A stretch of DNA of 64,000 nt from Candidatus Hodarchaeota archaeon (GTDB lineage Archaea > Asgardarchaeota > Lokiarchaeia > Sigyniarchaeales > SOKP01). Of the stretch, positions 9,172 to 19,951 are shown in pieces. The stretch spans positions 64,001-128,000 of the forward strand of contig JBHLKM010000013.1 in assembly GCA_048886685.1 (NCBI GenBank), in the 5' to 3' direction. Every line of letters starts with the position of its first letter. Position 1 is the stretch's first letter. Below the pieces are notes generated by a model, which was not told the origin of the DNA, made no database searches, and saw only the letters and a list, made by a program, of their open reading frames with translations. The translations under genes were made by a program, and so were the position numbers.

Positions 9172-9948
9172 ATATTATTAAATTATTTCATAGGTACAGC
9201 CGGAAGTGGTAAGACTACTCTCACGGGTGAGTTAAAAGAATATGTTGTAAATCGAGATCCAGAGATTTCAGCAATTACTTTAAATCTCGATCCCGGTGCT
9301 AAAATCATTCCTTATGCTCCTGATATTGACATAAGGGATTACATTGTTTTAGAGGAAGTTATGGAGGAATATAGTTTAGGACCTAATGGTGGAATGATTT
9401 TAGCATCTGATTTGATGGTAAATTTTTTAGATGATATAAAAGATGAAATTGATGAATATAACCCGGAATGGATATTTGTAGATACTGCAGGACAACTTGA
9501 GCTATTTGCATTTCGAGAAACTGGACCTTTAATAGCTAGCGCATTAGGATTTGGTGATGTCCAAAGAGCTGTGAGTTTTCTCTTTGACTCGAGTTTTGTT
9601 CTCAGACCTAATGGTTTTATTTCAACTTTACTTTTAGCAGCTTCTGTACAATTTCGTTTTAGAAATATCTCGCAAATAAATATTTTATCCAAAGTTGATC
9701 TTATTGATGAAGATCAAATAGATATGGTTATTAATTGGAGTCAAGACTTTCAAGCGTTAGAGGATTCCACAAGCGAAAGAGAAAAGGGATTAATCAGAGA
9801 ATTATCAATGCTAGTTTCTGAGGTATTTATTCAAATGGGATCCACAAGTGAATTAATTCCATGTTCGGCAAAAGAAGATCATGGTTTGGATATTCTATTC
9901 GGCCATTTACAGAGAGTTTTTGATTCAGACAAATCAAAATTTTATTAA
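9172..9948 (+). CDS. GPN-loop GTPase (probable ATA start)
   Basis: Frame is open upstream of the listed ORF: YFIGTAGSGKTT (P-loop, 9184-9219), NLDPG, LGPNGG, DTAGQLE, SKVD; no ATG/GTG/TTG lies upstream of the P-loop. Confidence 0.9.
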   Translation: MLLNYFIGTAGSGKTTLTGELKEYVVNRDPEISAITLNLDPGAKIIPYAPDIDIRDYIVLEEVMEEYSLGPNGGMILASDLMVNFLDDIKDEIDEYNPEWIFVDTAGQLELFAFRETGPLIASALGFGDVQRAVSFLFDSSFVLRPNGFISTLLLAASVQFRFRNISQINILSKVDLIDEDQIDMVINWSQDFQALEDSTSEREKGLIRELSMLVSEVFIQMGSTSELIPCSAKEDHGLDILFGHLQRVFDSDKSKFY

Positions 9949-9996
9949 TCAAGTTTAAATTCCAAAAAATTGAAATAGAAGATTATACTAAGAAGC

Positions 9997-11097
9997 ATGA
10001 AAATTATTGGGCCTATCGCAGGCATCGGTTCAAGATTAAGACCGTTTACTTTAAGTAAACCAAAAGCTTTCCTAACAGTTGCAGGTAAAACAGTCTTGGA
10101 TCATATTCTTGAAAAATTTAGTAATACTTTTGATCCAAATACAGAATTAATACTTATTGTTGGGTATAAAAAGAGACAAATAATTGAATATGTAAAAAAG
10201 AAATATTCTGATAAGTTTAAACTCATTTTTATTGAACAAATTCCTCGAGGCTATTCCAATGATGACATTCCTTTTTATTGGGGATTAGGCGAGGCAGTTT
10301 ATCTGTCAAATATAAGATTTAAAAAACAACATTTTGAAACAAAAGAGCAAGATAAGAGAGAAGGAGCCCTTATTTTCTTAGGAGATATGCTCCCTGTCGA
10401 TGAAATCTCATATTTTATGTATCGTTTTTTTGAATCTGATGTAGATGGAATTATCGCAGTTATAGAAGTTCCAAATGAAGATGCAAGCTCATATGGTGTA
10501 GTAACTGTAGATGAAAACTCAATTATACAAAGTCTTGTGGAAAAACCACAAAATTTTATATCAAATTTAGCCATTATGGGTCCTTACGCTTTTTCAAATT
10601 CAGCTATAATGGCACTCTTTGAAAATATTAAATATTATTTAGATCAGAAGTCAGAAACTACAAAGGAAATATATTTAACACAAAGTTTGCAAGATTTAGT
10701 AGATAAAGGATTTAGAATCGCTGCTATTAAACTAAAAAAAGGAAATCTTGATTTTGGTAGACCTTCTGAATTACTTAAGGGTAATAGATATCTACTAACG
10801 CAAAATTCTGTTAAAAGAGAAGATTTTCCAGATTTGAACATAACAGTTGATAAATCTTTTTTAAAAAATCCTGTGTTTATTGGAGAGAACACTAAAGTTG
10901 TAAATTGCGTTATCGGCCCATATGTTTCAATAGGAGAAAATTCATATATAGAAAATTGTATTTTGGAAAATAGTGTTATCGAAAAAAGAGCACAGCTAAA
11001 AAATATTATAACTAAAAACTCAATCATAGGGAGTGATGTAATGGTTGAGAATATTAGTAAAAATAATTTAATTATTGGAGATAAAAGCAGCTCATAA
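9997..11097 (+). CDS. Sugar-phosphate nucleotidyltransferase (long RmlA/GlmU-like, C-terminal LbH repeats)
   Basis: AGIGSRLRPFTLSKPK, YGVV..VEKP, C-terminal hexapeptide repeats. Confidence 0.9.
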   Translation: MKIIGPIAGIGSRLRPFTLSKPKAFLTVAGKTVLDHILEKFSNTFDPNTELILIVGYKKRQIIEYVKKKYSDKFKLIFIEQIPRGYSNDDIPFYWGLGEAVYLSNIRFKKQHFETKEQDKREGALIFLGDMLPVDEISYFMYRFFESDVDGIIAVIEVPNEDASSYGVVTVDENSIIQSLVEKPQNFISNLAIMGPYAFSNSAIMALFENIKYYLDQKSETTKEIYLTQSLQDLVDKGFRIAAIKLKKGNLDFGRPSELLKGNRYLLTQNSVKREDFPDLNITVDKSFLKNPVFIGENTKVVNCVIGPYVSIGENSYIENCILENSVIEKRAQLKNIITKNSIIGSDVMVENISKNNLIIGDKSSS

Positions 11098-11258
11098 TAA
11101 AATTCTTTATCAGATCTTTTTCATCCAAAAATCTAGAAATTAATAATTTCTATAAAATATAGTTAAATATTAATTGTAGAAAGATTAAAATAGTAATTAA
11201 TAATATCAAGATTTTGAATATATAAGAATTTTAAATTATACTCGTCTTATTGTTTATC

Positions 11259-12635
11259 ATGTCATATCACATCGCATTTGATGTTGCTCATAAACCAAGA
11301 GGTCGAATTGATGATAATTTAACTGAAATTCGAGATCAATTAAATTCAAATGATTTTATATGTTATAATTTTTTAGAAGTTCCAATTACAGAAGAATCAT
11401 TAATGGCTTATGATATATTAGTATTTGTATGTCCTGATTTTTCAAGAATAACTGCTAATGAAATTACACATATAGTTAAGTGGGTTAAAAATTCTGGAGG
11501 TGGACTCCTATTGTTATCACATGCGGGAGGTGATAGGGGTCGTGGTAGCAACTTATCCGAAATATCGGAACAATTTGGAATAATTTTTGAAAATGATCAA
11601 GTTTTAGATGAAAAAGTTAATTTAGGAATGGAAAACATTCCATTGATTTCGACATTTAATATCCCTCATCCGATTACGTCTGAAATAGACACATTATGTT
11701 ACAGAACAGGGTGTTCTCTTTCAATTGTTGGGAGTGGAGCATTCTCTATAGCTGATTCGAACGAAACCTCAGAACCTTTTTCTTGCCCTCTAATTTGTGT
11801 ATCAGAAATAGGAAACGGAAGAGTTTGTTGTATTGGTAGCTATGAAATGTTTAGAGATAAAATCGGAGGGGGATTTCAGTGTTATGATCATCCTACGTTA
11901 GCATTAAATATCTTTAAATGGCTTGTTTCGGATTATCGGATGGAATTGAGGTCGACTCTGGATATCCCAACTCCTATTTCCCGTTCAGTTGAAGAAACTT
12001 TACAAGAGCAATCTGAAATATCAACCACACCGACTCCAAGTGAAGGAAGAAGAATCAACATAGACTTTTCTATGAAAATTTCTAAAAAGAGTGAATTGGT
12101 AGAATTATTGAAGATTTTTCAAAATCAAATAAACATAATTAAAACTACAATTGATAAATTAATAGATACAGCATCAGAGTCAGATGGAGATATAATTGAT
12201 TACAACCAACTCAAGAGTTATGAATCACAAGAATTTGCTCAAGACATTCAGGCTAATGACCAAGAGGTTCCTTCTATACCAGAATTAACTAGTGAAATAG
12301 CTGCTATCAGCAAAAATGAAGAAGACGAAGACACTCTTACAGCCTTACCACCTAAACCTGAAAGCTTGATAGAAAAAGAAGTTGAAGAGACAGGTTTAAA
12401 ACCAGTACCTAAACTTAAAACAAAAGATAAGACAAAAAAAGAGCTAAAAGACGAAAAAGAGGGATTAGTATCAAAACTTACTTCTGTTGAGGACTTACTA
12501 GAATTTATTGACAAAAAACATTCATCCGGAACGATTGACGACGAAGAATATTCAAAAAGAACAAAAAAACTGCAGAATGATGTAAAGAAAACAAAGAAAA
12601 AGATAAGCGTTATTGATAAGCTATTAGAAAAATAA
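11259..12635 (+). CDS. GATase-like (GIFT/IFT52, DUF4350) domain protein with acidic linker and C-terminal helical hairpin
   Basis: IAFDVAH, YDILVFVCP, WVKNSGGGLLLL, HPITSEI, GNGRVCCIGS. Confidence 0.7.
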   Translation: MSYHIAFDVAHKPRGRIDDNLTEIRDQLNSNDFICYNFLEVPITEESLMAYDILVFVCPDFSRITANEITHIVKWVKNSGGGLLLLSHAGGDRGRGSNLSEISEQFGIIFENDQVLDEKVNLGMENIPLISTFNIPHPITSEIDTLCYRTGCSLSIVGSGAFSIADSNETSEPFSCPLICVSEIGNGRVCCIGSYEMFRDKIGGGFQCYDHPTLALNIFKWLVSDYRMELRSTLDIPTPISRSVEETLQEQSEISTTPTPSEGRRINIDFSMKISKKSELVELLKIFQNQINIIKTTIDKLIDTASESDGDIIDYNQLKSYESQEFAQDIQANDQEVPSIPELTSEIAAISKNEEDEDTLTALPPKPESLIEKEVEETGLKPVPKLKTKDKTKKELKDEKEGLVSKLTSVEDLLEFIDKKHSSGTIDDEEYSKRTKKLQNDVKKTKKKISVIDKLLEK

Positions 12636-12660
12636 ATATTCGAAAAATTCTTAAAGAAAT

Positions 12661-13983
12661 TTAATCTTTAGGCTTCACTGGGTGCCCTTCTGGAATATAA
12701 GGCTGTGCATATTTATTAACGATTTCAAAAAAATCTTTATCACTAACTCCTTTAGTAACCTTCTTTAACTCTTCTTTAATTGTATCGAATGATTTTCTTA
12801 GTTCTTCTTTCGACGTCGTCTCGTGCTTCCTCTTAACTTCTGTAGAGATTTTTCTTATTATTTCTATAGGGATATCTAGATCTAATACTTTTATCTTCTG
12901 TTGTAATGCATGGGAGACTGATTTTGTTCCTGAAAATTTTCCCAAATAAAACTTTCTTCTCCTACCTACCATATGAGGATTTATTGGTTCATAAGTTAGT
13001 GGGTGAGCAAGAATTGCAGCAATATGGAGTCCGCTTTCATGAGAAAATGCATAATCTCCTACTATTGGTTTATATTGTGATAAAGGTTTACAGAAATATT
13101 TTTCACAAACTTCACTTAATTCTGGTAACCTAGTTAGATCAATTCCAGTTCTTATTCCTATTCTTTCTAAAATTGTAGCTACTTCTTCTAGCGCTGCATT
13201 TCCTGCGCGTTCTCCATATCCATTTATACAGGTATGAGGATATTTACATCCTTCTATAACACCTGTTATAGTATTTGAAACAGCTAGACCAAAATCATTA
13301 TGAGTATGTATTCCTATTGGAATTTTTTCCTTTAGGGGTGAAATGACTTCCTCTTTAATACGTTTTATTAGGTATGAAGTGGAGTAGGGTGTTAAAACAC
13401 CAACAGTATCTCCTAAAACTATACGTTCTGCTCCTGATTCTATTGCTGTTGAAAAAACATTTTTTAAATGACTAAAATCGCACCTAGTTCCATCTTCAGA
13501 AACCCAATTAACTTTAAATCCATTATCTTTTGCATATTGAATAGATGCTTTAATCTGTTCCAATTGTTCTTTTTCATTTTGTTTTAATGTTTTTCTAAAA
13601 ATCGGAGATATTGGCATAAAGATAACAATTTCTTTAAGATCTGTCTCTATACATGCATCGATATCATCTTTTCTTGGTCGAGCTATGCCTAATATTGTAG
13701 CATTATTAATATTTTCATTAACGATTGTTTTTACTATATTCTTTTCCGATTCTGAAACTGCTGGAAATCCTACTGCAATAAGGTTAACTCCTATTTCATC
13801 CATTAATTTTGCTAAATGTATTTTTTCATCAAGGGTTAAATATACAGTTGGGCTTTGTTCTCCATCACGTAATGTTTCATCCCAAATTTCGATACTATCA
13901 GGTAAGTCATAATTTTCCAAGGCGATTTTATTGTAATCAATAAGGAGTTCCCGAAGCTCTTCCTTTGAGAATTTGTACGACAT
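12661..13983 (-). CDS. Homocitrate synthase-like LeuA/DRE-TIM enzyme lacking the C-terminal regulatory domain
   Basis: DETLRDGEQ, HTHNDFGLA, GERAGNA, HESGLH, LGKFSG. Confidence 0.85.
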   Translation of the reverse strand: MSYKFSKEELRELLIDYNKIALENYDLPDSIEIWDETLRDGEQSPTVYLTLDEKIHLAKLMDEIGVNLIAVGFPAVSESEKNIVKTIVNENINNATILGIARPRKDDIDACIETDLKEIVIFMPISPIFRKTLKQNEKEQLEQIKASIQYAKDNGFKVNWVSEDGTRCDFSHLKNVFSTAIESGAERIVLGDTVGVLTPYSTSYLIKRIKEEVISPLKEKIPIGIHTHNDFGLAVSNTITGVIEGCKYPHTCINGYGERAGNAALEEVATILERIGIRTGIDLTRLPELSEVCEKYFCKPLSQYKPIVGDYAFSHESGLHIAAILAHPLTYEPINPHMVGRRRKFYLGKFSGTKSVSHALQQKIKVLDLDIPIEIIRKISTEVKRKHETTSKEELRKSFDTIKEELKKVTKGVSDKDFFEIVNKYAQPYIPEGHPVKPKD

Positions 13984-14098
13984 ACTTTTATCCTTATATA
14001 TTTTAATGATTATTAAAATTATTGAATACAAATAAATTTCATTTATAGAAAGACTATATATTGATTAAGTAACAAGAAGAGGACTAATATTATAAAGA

Positions 14099-14112
14099 AA
14101 ATTCACGAATTT
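14099..14112. promoter_or_regulatory. Palindrome AAATTC-AC-GAATTT, candidate Lrp-family operator
   Basis: Perfect 6-bp inverted repeat just upstream of a minus-strand TTTATAA box; near-copy at 14556-14569. Confidence 0.4.
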
Positions 14113-14129
14113 AATAAAAAAGACAGAAA

Positions 14130-14549
14130 TTATTTGATTACATCAGTAATAAAACATGTTTCAACAATTTTAACGCCCTTAATTTGTGAGATCTTCTCTT
14201 CGATGAGAGGATTAAATTGTTCAATAGAAGGTATCTCAACTTTCATAAATAATCCACAATCTCCTGAAAGTCTCCAGAGATTGGTAATTTCTTCAATCTC
14301 TAACAATTCCTTTAAAATTCTCTTGATTTCTTTAAAATCCGGCTCAACTTTCACAGTAGCTCGAGTTCGAGGTTTGTTATCTATAGCGTAATCAATAGTA
14401 AACTTTCTAATTACTCCTTCTTCTGTTAATTTTTTTACACGTCTTCTAACAGTTGCTTCAGTTTTGCCTACACTTTTAGAAATCTCATTAAAGGACATTC
14501 TACTATCATCTTTTAATAATTCCAAAATTTTTAGATCAACAATATCCAT
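14130..14549 (-). CDS. Lrp/AsnC family transcriptional regulator (LysM-like)
   Basis: D.KILELLKDDSRMSF.EI....G.TEATVRRRVKKL..EGVI.KF HTH plus RAM domain. Confidence 0.92.
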   Translation of the reverse strand: MDIVDLKILELLKDDSRMSFNEISKSVGKTEATVRRRVKKLTEEGVIRKFTIDYAIDNKPRTRATVKVEPDFKEIKRILKELLEIEEITNLWRLSGDCGLFMKVEIPSIEQFNPLIEEKISQIKGVKIVETCFITDVIK

Positions 14550-14893
14550 AATATCGAAATCACGAATTTTTTATATTTTTTTTATAAAAATAATTTAACT
14601 TTATTATTAAATGTGATGAAATCTGTATATAAAAACTTTAATGAAATTCTCAAATTCAAATATTTTTTTGCGAATTGAAAATAATATTGTCAGAAAATGT
14701 TTATCAATCTATTAATAAAGAAATAAGTAAGTACAAATACGGTAAAAGGAACTAAAATTTGGGATTTGTTGATAATTAATATTAATAAAAAATGCTTTCA
14801 GCATTTAATTTTTAAAAGAAATTGTACTGCCATTAATATTATTAGAGATGCATCAATTTTTCAATATATAATCATATAGAAAGTAGTAAAATA

Positions 14894-15691
14894 ATGTCAA
14901 ATGAAATTCCAGAAAATGTGAAGGATTCTTTAAGATCAATAGGTCTTACAGATTATGAAATCTCAATTTATCTTACTTTGATCTCAAAAGGTCCAATGGA
15001 TGCTCGAGAGTTATCAGATGCATCAGGTGTTCCTTATTCACGGATATATAACATACTTACACAGCTAGAAAAAGAAAAAATGTGGATAATCAAGGAAGAT
15101 TCCAGACCTAGTCGTTATTTTGCCAAATCCCCCGATGAAGCTTTAGTTATTGCTAAAAAGCAATATAGTGAAAACTTCAATGATCATTCAAACAAAATTA
15201 TGCAATCTCTTACACCCATTTACCAATCACATGATACTCCTATCAAGATCGCTCTATATGTTCATAGAGGCAGAGATGTCTGTATCAATAGAGCTCTTTC
15301 TTTAATTAATTTAGCAAAAACCTCAATATATTTTACTTCAACAGAATTCGAACTGTTGGAATTGTTTTTTGATGACATAAAAAAAGCAAGAGCTAGAGGT
15401 GTAACTGATATAAAACTCCTAGTTGAATCAAAAGCTTTAGAAGCAAAAAATTTTAAATCATTACTGAAGAAATATAATCCCATCAGTGAAATTAGATGGA
15501 GAGACCAAATTTTTGGCAGTTCGGTTATAATTGATGAAGGAGAAGATGCTTTTATTATTCTTTCTGAAAGTTTTTTTCCAAAAAAAATGTCTTATTTCGG
15601 TATTGTTACGGATCATGTAGCTTTTGGCCCTTCTTCTTTATATTATTATGATTATCTCTATAAAAGTGCAAAAGAAGTAAAATTGGATTAA
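14894..15691 (+). CDS. TrmB family transcriptional regulator
   Basis: GLTDYE..IYL.L, ELSDASGVPYSRIY, RPSRYFAKSP, PLD-like effector domain. Confidence 0.92.
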   Translation: MSNEIPENVKDSLRSIGLTDYEISIYLTLISKGPMDARELSDASGVPYSRIYNILTQLEKEKMWIIKEDSRPSRYFAKSPDEALVIAKKQYSENFNDHSNKIMQSLTPIYQSHDTPIKIALYVHRGRDVCINRALSLINLAKTSIYFTSTEFELLELFFDDIKKARARGVTDIKLLVESKALEAKNFKSLLKKYNPISEIRWRDQIFGSSVIIDEGEDAFIILSESFFPKKMSYFGIVTDHVAFGPSSLYYYDYLYKSAKEVKLD

Positions 15692-15732
15692 CAAATAATT
15701 TTAATTAATTAATATAAAATAAAGAGTTTCTT

Positions 15733-15987
15733 TTACCATTTAATCTGTATTGCTTGTTCTGGACAAGCTTCAATGCACTTAAAACAACGTGTACATACAG
15801 AAGGCCATACAGCTGTAATTTTCCAATGCTGAGGATCGTATATATTTTCTTCCTTGTATTTAAGATCTTCATGTCTTAAGAATACACATGGATCACATAC
15901 ATTAAGGCATCTTCCACATTCTCTTGGATCCACATCGCTCTCAGGACCACATTTTGAATAATCTATTTTAATCTTTGTTTTCCCCAT
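15733..15987 (-). CDS. Ferredoxin (2x[4Fe-4S]-like)
   Basis: C..CGRCLNVC and CTRCFKCIEACP; AGGTGAT SD. Confidence 0.85.
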   Translation of the reverse strand: MGKTKIKIDYSKCGPESDVDPRECGRCLNVCDPCVFLRHEDLKYKEENIYDPQHWKITAVWPSVCTRCFKCIEACPEQAIQIKW

Positions 15988-15995
15988 AAAATCAC

Positions 15996-16865
15996 CTAAA
16001 AATGTCCATTAAACCCAGGAAATTCCTTTCTTGGGATAAGATTTAACGCATCATGTTTACAAACATGACGGCAAACACCACATCCAAAGCATTTATTATA
16101 ATCTATAATAACTCTATTTACTGATGGAATAAATCTGATCGCATTCCATTGACACGTAGCCACACATGACTTGCACCCTTGACAATTATCCTGATTTAAA
16201 TTGATGATATATTCCGCTTTTGACATTACCATTAAATTAAAATCATTTCTCAATCGTAATGCCCCGCACTCAGGACTTTCGCAATTGCATATAGCATTAA
16301 TATATGGAACTGGTTGATACCATACAGTTGAAACCAATCCATTTTTATTATGTTCTTCTAATCTTTCAACTGCTTCCTCTCGAGAGATTCTATATGCTCT
16401 CTCTTTTGGAATAAATCGAGGGAGTTTTTCTATTATCTCTGAAAGTACTCCAAAATTAATACAACTCTGAGTTTTTACCCCTCTTTGCATCATTCGACAC
16501 ATGCAATAGGTTTCAACAATAGGTTCAGTAGCTAACTCAGATAGAATGATTTTCGCATCCTCCATAGGAATTACTTGTCCAATATGACCATCTGCTCTTA
16601 TAGGTTTTGGGTGCCTAACAGTACCATGGATCATCTTTTCAGCAGCATGGCGAATTATTTTTCCAATAAGTGGTATTTCTAGTTTGTATCCTAATCCCTT
16701 GGATGATAATCCTGCAATTTTTCGAATAAAGACTGTTTCAAAATTCATCCATTGTTCTGTTAGATATTCTTTCATATCTAACTCTTTCGCAAGTTGATCA
16801 GAATAATTTTTTGCATTCATGTACCATTTCTGACCGATTCCATGCTTAAAACACCATTTACACAT
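15996..16865 (-). CDS. 4Fe-4S dicluster domain protein
   Basis: N-terminal MCKWC..HG..KWY, CMCR, ICNC, two C-terminal CxxCxxCxxxC motifs. Confidence 0.85.
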   Translation of the reverse strand: MCKWCFKHGIGQKWYMNAKNYSDQLAKELDMKEYLTEQWMNFETVFIRKIAGLSSKGLGYKLEIPLIGKIIRHAAEKMIHGTVRHPKPIRADGHIGQVIPMEDAKIILSELATEPIVETYCMCRMMQRGVKTQSCINFGVLSEIIEKLPRFIPKERAYRISREEAVERLEEHNKNGLVSTVWYQPVPYINAICNCESPECGALRLRNDFNLMVMSKAEYIINLNQDNCQGCKSCVATCQWNAIRFIPSVNRVIIDYNKCFGCGVCRHVCKHDALNLIPRKEFPGFNGHF

Positions 16866-17015
16866 AGAACAGATCCCCTATATTTATCAAAATTTTTTAT
16901 GTTTTATTTTTGATTAAATATTAAATAAATTTTAAAATCTACTAAATTTACCTAAAAGTACGTAAATGTTCCATCATTCCAGAACCAACTTCTCCCGTAA
17001 CCAAGTTTTTCATAA

Positions 17016-17981
17016 CAACCATTTGTTCAAATAACTCAGTATCCATCATTATTCGGTGGAAAGGGTTCTAACCTAATAAAACTCATAAATTCCAATATTA
17101 ACGTCCCTCCAGGATTTATTATAAATACAAAATCCTATAAAAATTTTTTAAAAACATCCCAAATAAAGGAAAAGCTCCTTCATATTTTATCAAACGGCTA
17201 CCATGCAAAAGATATTATAGGTATTTCTAATAGAATAAAAGAATTATATCTTCGAGCACAAAGTACACAAGAAATTACTGAGGAAATAAAGATTGCCTAT
17301 ACCAAACTAGTTAGAAAAACTAGTAAAAACACCTCGTTTTCTGTTAGATCATCTACAGATATTGAAGATTCAAACTGTTTCTCCTTTGCTGGACAAGCAG
17401 AAAGTTATTTGAATATCAAAACTTTTAAGGGTATTATAAATTATATTAAAAACTGCTGGATATCATTATACAGTCCACAGGCATTACTAAATTTCCTTAA
17501 AATGAATAAAGAAAATAAAAAAATTTCTTTAATAGAATTAAAAATGGCAGTAATAATTCAAAAAATGATTAACTCTCAAAAATCAGGTGTTTTGTTTACA
17601 GTAAATATATTAAATAATGATAAAAATGAAATGCTGATTAACTCAACCTGGGGTCTTGGTGATACAAATACCAACAATATTTTCGTCCCTGATATGATAA
17701 ATCTTGATAAGAAGCAATTCAAAATTGTAAAAATAGTGATTGTGAAAAAAGAAAAAATGTCCCTTATCAACTCTAATAGGCCATTAACTGGACTATCAAA
17801 AATAAAACAAAAGCTTAAAGAAATTTGTTCTTTAAATAACCATCAGCTTTTCCAGCTTTATAATCTAGGGTTAAATATTGAGTCAGTCTTTAATTACCCT
17901 CAAGATATTGAATGGGCTATAGAAAAGGATATCTTATACACCCTCCAAAGTCGCCCCATTATAACTCTGAGAAAAATATAA
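17016..17981 (+). pseudogene. Stand-alone PEP/pyruvate-binding (PPDK_N, ATP-grasp) domain gene with disrupted 5' end
   Basis: Frame open from 17016: FGGKGSNL, VPPGF, VRSS..ED...SFAGQ, SGVLFT, WGLG, PQDIEWA, LQSRPI; no canonical start lies before GGKG and there is an in-frame TAA at 17013. Confidence 0.7.
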
Positions 17982-18004
17982 TAAGAAAAGAATAAACTTA
18001 TTAA

Positions 18005-18460
18005 TTACTTCAGAAATGTTCTCTTTCCTAAATAAATAAAAAGTTCTGATAACTCAAAGAGCGTCAATGGCATTACTAAATTTGCCATATCAGTACGAAG
18101 CTCTTCTTTGTCTTTTCCTGCAAGTATTAAAGTCCGTATATCTTCGACATAATCATCCATATTTAAGAATAATATTTCTATCTTATCTACTCCCGTCAGC
18201 TCTTCAATATCTTTATCTAAATGTTGTTCAACATCATTAAGTAAGCCCAACTTCAATTTAGGATTAAGATTATATTTAATAATAAGTTTATTCATTTCTT
18301 CGATGATGATATTCAAAGATAAATTCCAATCTGCATTTTCTTTATATTTAGGAATAAGAATATCACTAATAATAATTTCAAAAAGGGTTGTTGGTGCCTT
18401 TTGGTCAAAATCTACTTCAATCCCTGTACTTAATTTTATCTTTTTGGTATCTTCAGTCAT
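18005..18460 (-). CDS. Hypothetical helical protein
   Basis: About 150-aa ORF with normal composition. Confidence 0.7.
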   Translation of the reverse strand: MTEDTKKIKLSTGIEVDFDQKAPTTLFEIIISDILIPKYKENADWNLSLNIIIEEMNKLIIKYNLNPKLKLGLLNDVEQHLDKDIEELTGVDKIEILFLNMDDYVEDIRTLILAGKDKEELRTDMANLVMPLTLFELSELFIYLGKRTFLK

Positions 18461-18632
18461 ACCCAATCTCAACTTGAATCTAAAATTATAATATCCTTAA
18501 TAATTAATGGATTACGATTTAATAAATATTTTTAATCATCATTCCATTTGAAAAATTTACAATTAATTTTTTAAGGATCGATAATAATTCAATCAGTAAA
18601 TTATATATCCAAACTTAGCTTTATTACGGTAT

Positions 18633-19901
18633 ATGGGACTAAATATATTACTAGTAAATCCTAATAGGTTTCACAGTCCTCCAGTAATCCCAATAGGTTT
18701 AGAATATTTAGCTACTGCATTAGAAAAACACAACCATGATGTTGAGATCTTAGACCTATGTTTTTCAGATAAACCAGAAAAGGATTTGGACAATATCCTT
18801 AAGAAGAAATCATTTGATTTAGTAGGATTTACTATTCGTAATATTGATTCAGCAATTTACTTTAATAACGAATTTTTTTTACCCGACTTCAAGCCTCTAG
18901 TCCAGAGTGTTAAGGAACAAAATATTCCTGTAGTACTAGGAGGTTCAGGATTCTCTGCCATGCCTAACGAAATTCTCAACTTTCTTAAAGCTGATTATGG
19001 TATTATTGGTCCAGGGGAGATAATTTTTCCGAAGTTTTTAGAGTTAATGCAATCTAATAGTACAACACAAAAAATATTCGATGGTTGGGAGTCAGGTGTG
19101 GATAACTCATTAGTAAATATAAGGGGAAATAGAGTAGATTATCCCCAGTATTTAAAGGAGGAAGGTATAGTCGGATTTGAAACTCACACTGGCTGTAATA
19201 ATCAATGTCCCTACTGTATAGAAGCTAATACCCGAGTACATTTCAAAGGTATTTCAAAAATTATAGAAGAACTAGCTCATCTTGTCAGTCAAGGGTATAA
19301 TCATTTCCATACCTGTGATACTGAGTTTAATACTAACTTAAAGTTTTCAATAGATTTTTGTTTAGCGTTAATTAAAAGAAATTTAGATATGAAATGGGCT
19401 CTTTATATGAAACCAACCCCATATAACGAAAAATTTTTTGAACTTTTACATAAATCAAAAGCTTATTTAATTACTCTTTCAGTTGATAGTGATGAGAGAA
19501 TTCAGAAATCAAATAAATATAATTATGATGATTTAAAGAAAATTGTAAACTATTGTCACAAATATGACCTTACATTGGCTATAGATTTATTAATTGGATA
19601 TCCTAATGAACCATTAAAATCAATAAAAAAAATTATAGACTTCTTTAAAAATAATCGCCCTTTTACAGTCGGAATAAGTTATAATTATCGCGCTTATAAC
19701 TACACACCACTAGCAACCTTAATAAAGGAGGATCTTTCCTTACAAAAGAACTTAAATAAACAATATAGAGATGGTGAAACCTTTTTGGAACCAATTTTCT
19801 ATAACCAACTGTCTCAGGAGACAATAGAAGAATTAATTGACAACGATGATCTGTTTAAGATTGCTGGAATTACCCCTGGGGTGAATTATCAACAAATTTA
19901 A
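18633..19901 (+). CDS. Cobalamin-binding radical SAM protein
   Basis: N-terminal B12-binding-like domain (PIGLEYLA, VVLGGSGF, GPGE) and CNNQCPYC. Confidence 0.9.
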   Translation: MGLNILLVNPNRFHSPPVIPIGLEYLATALEKHNHDVEILDLCFSDKPEKDLDNILKKKSFDLVGFTIRNIDSAIYFNNEFFLPDFKPLVQSVKEQNIPVVLGGSGFSAMPNEILNFLKADYGIIGPGEIIFPKFLELMQSNSTTQKIFDGWESGVDNSLVNIRGNRVDYPQYLKEEGIVGFETHTGCNNQCPYCIEANTRVHFKGISKIIEELAHLVSQGYNHFHTCDTEFNTNLKFSIDFCLALIKRNLDMKWALYMKPTPYNEKFFELLHKSKAYLITLSVDSDERIQKSNKYNYDDLKKIVNYCHKYDLTLAIDLLIGYPNEPLKSIKKIIDFFKNNRPFTVGISYNYRAYNYTPLATLIKEDLSLQKNLNKQYRDGETFLEPIFYNQLSQETIEELIDNDDLFKIAGITPGVNYQQI

Positions 19902-19951
19902 AGATTTAAATTAAATAAAAAAACCGCAAAATTTTGATCGAGATCTAGAAC

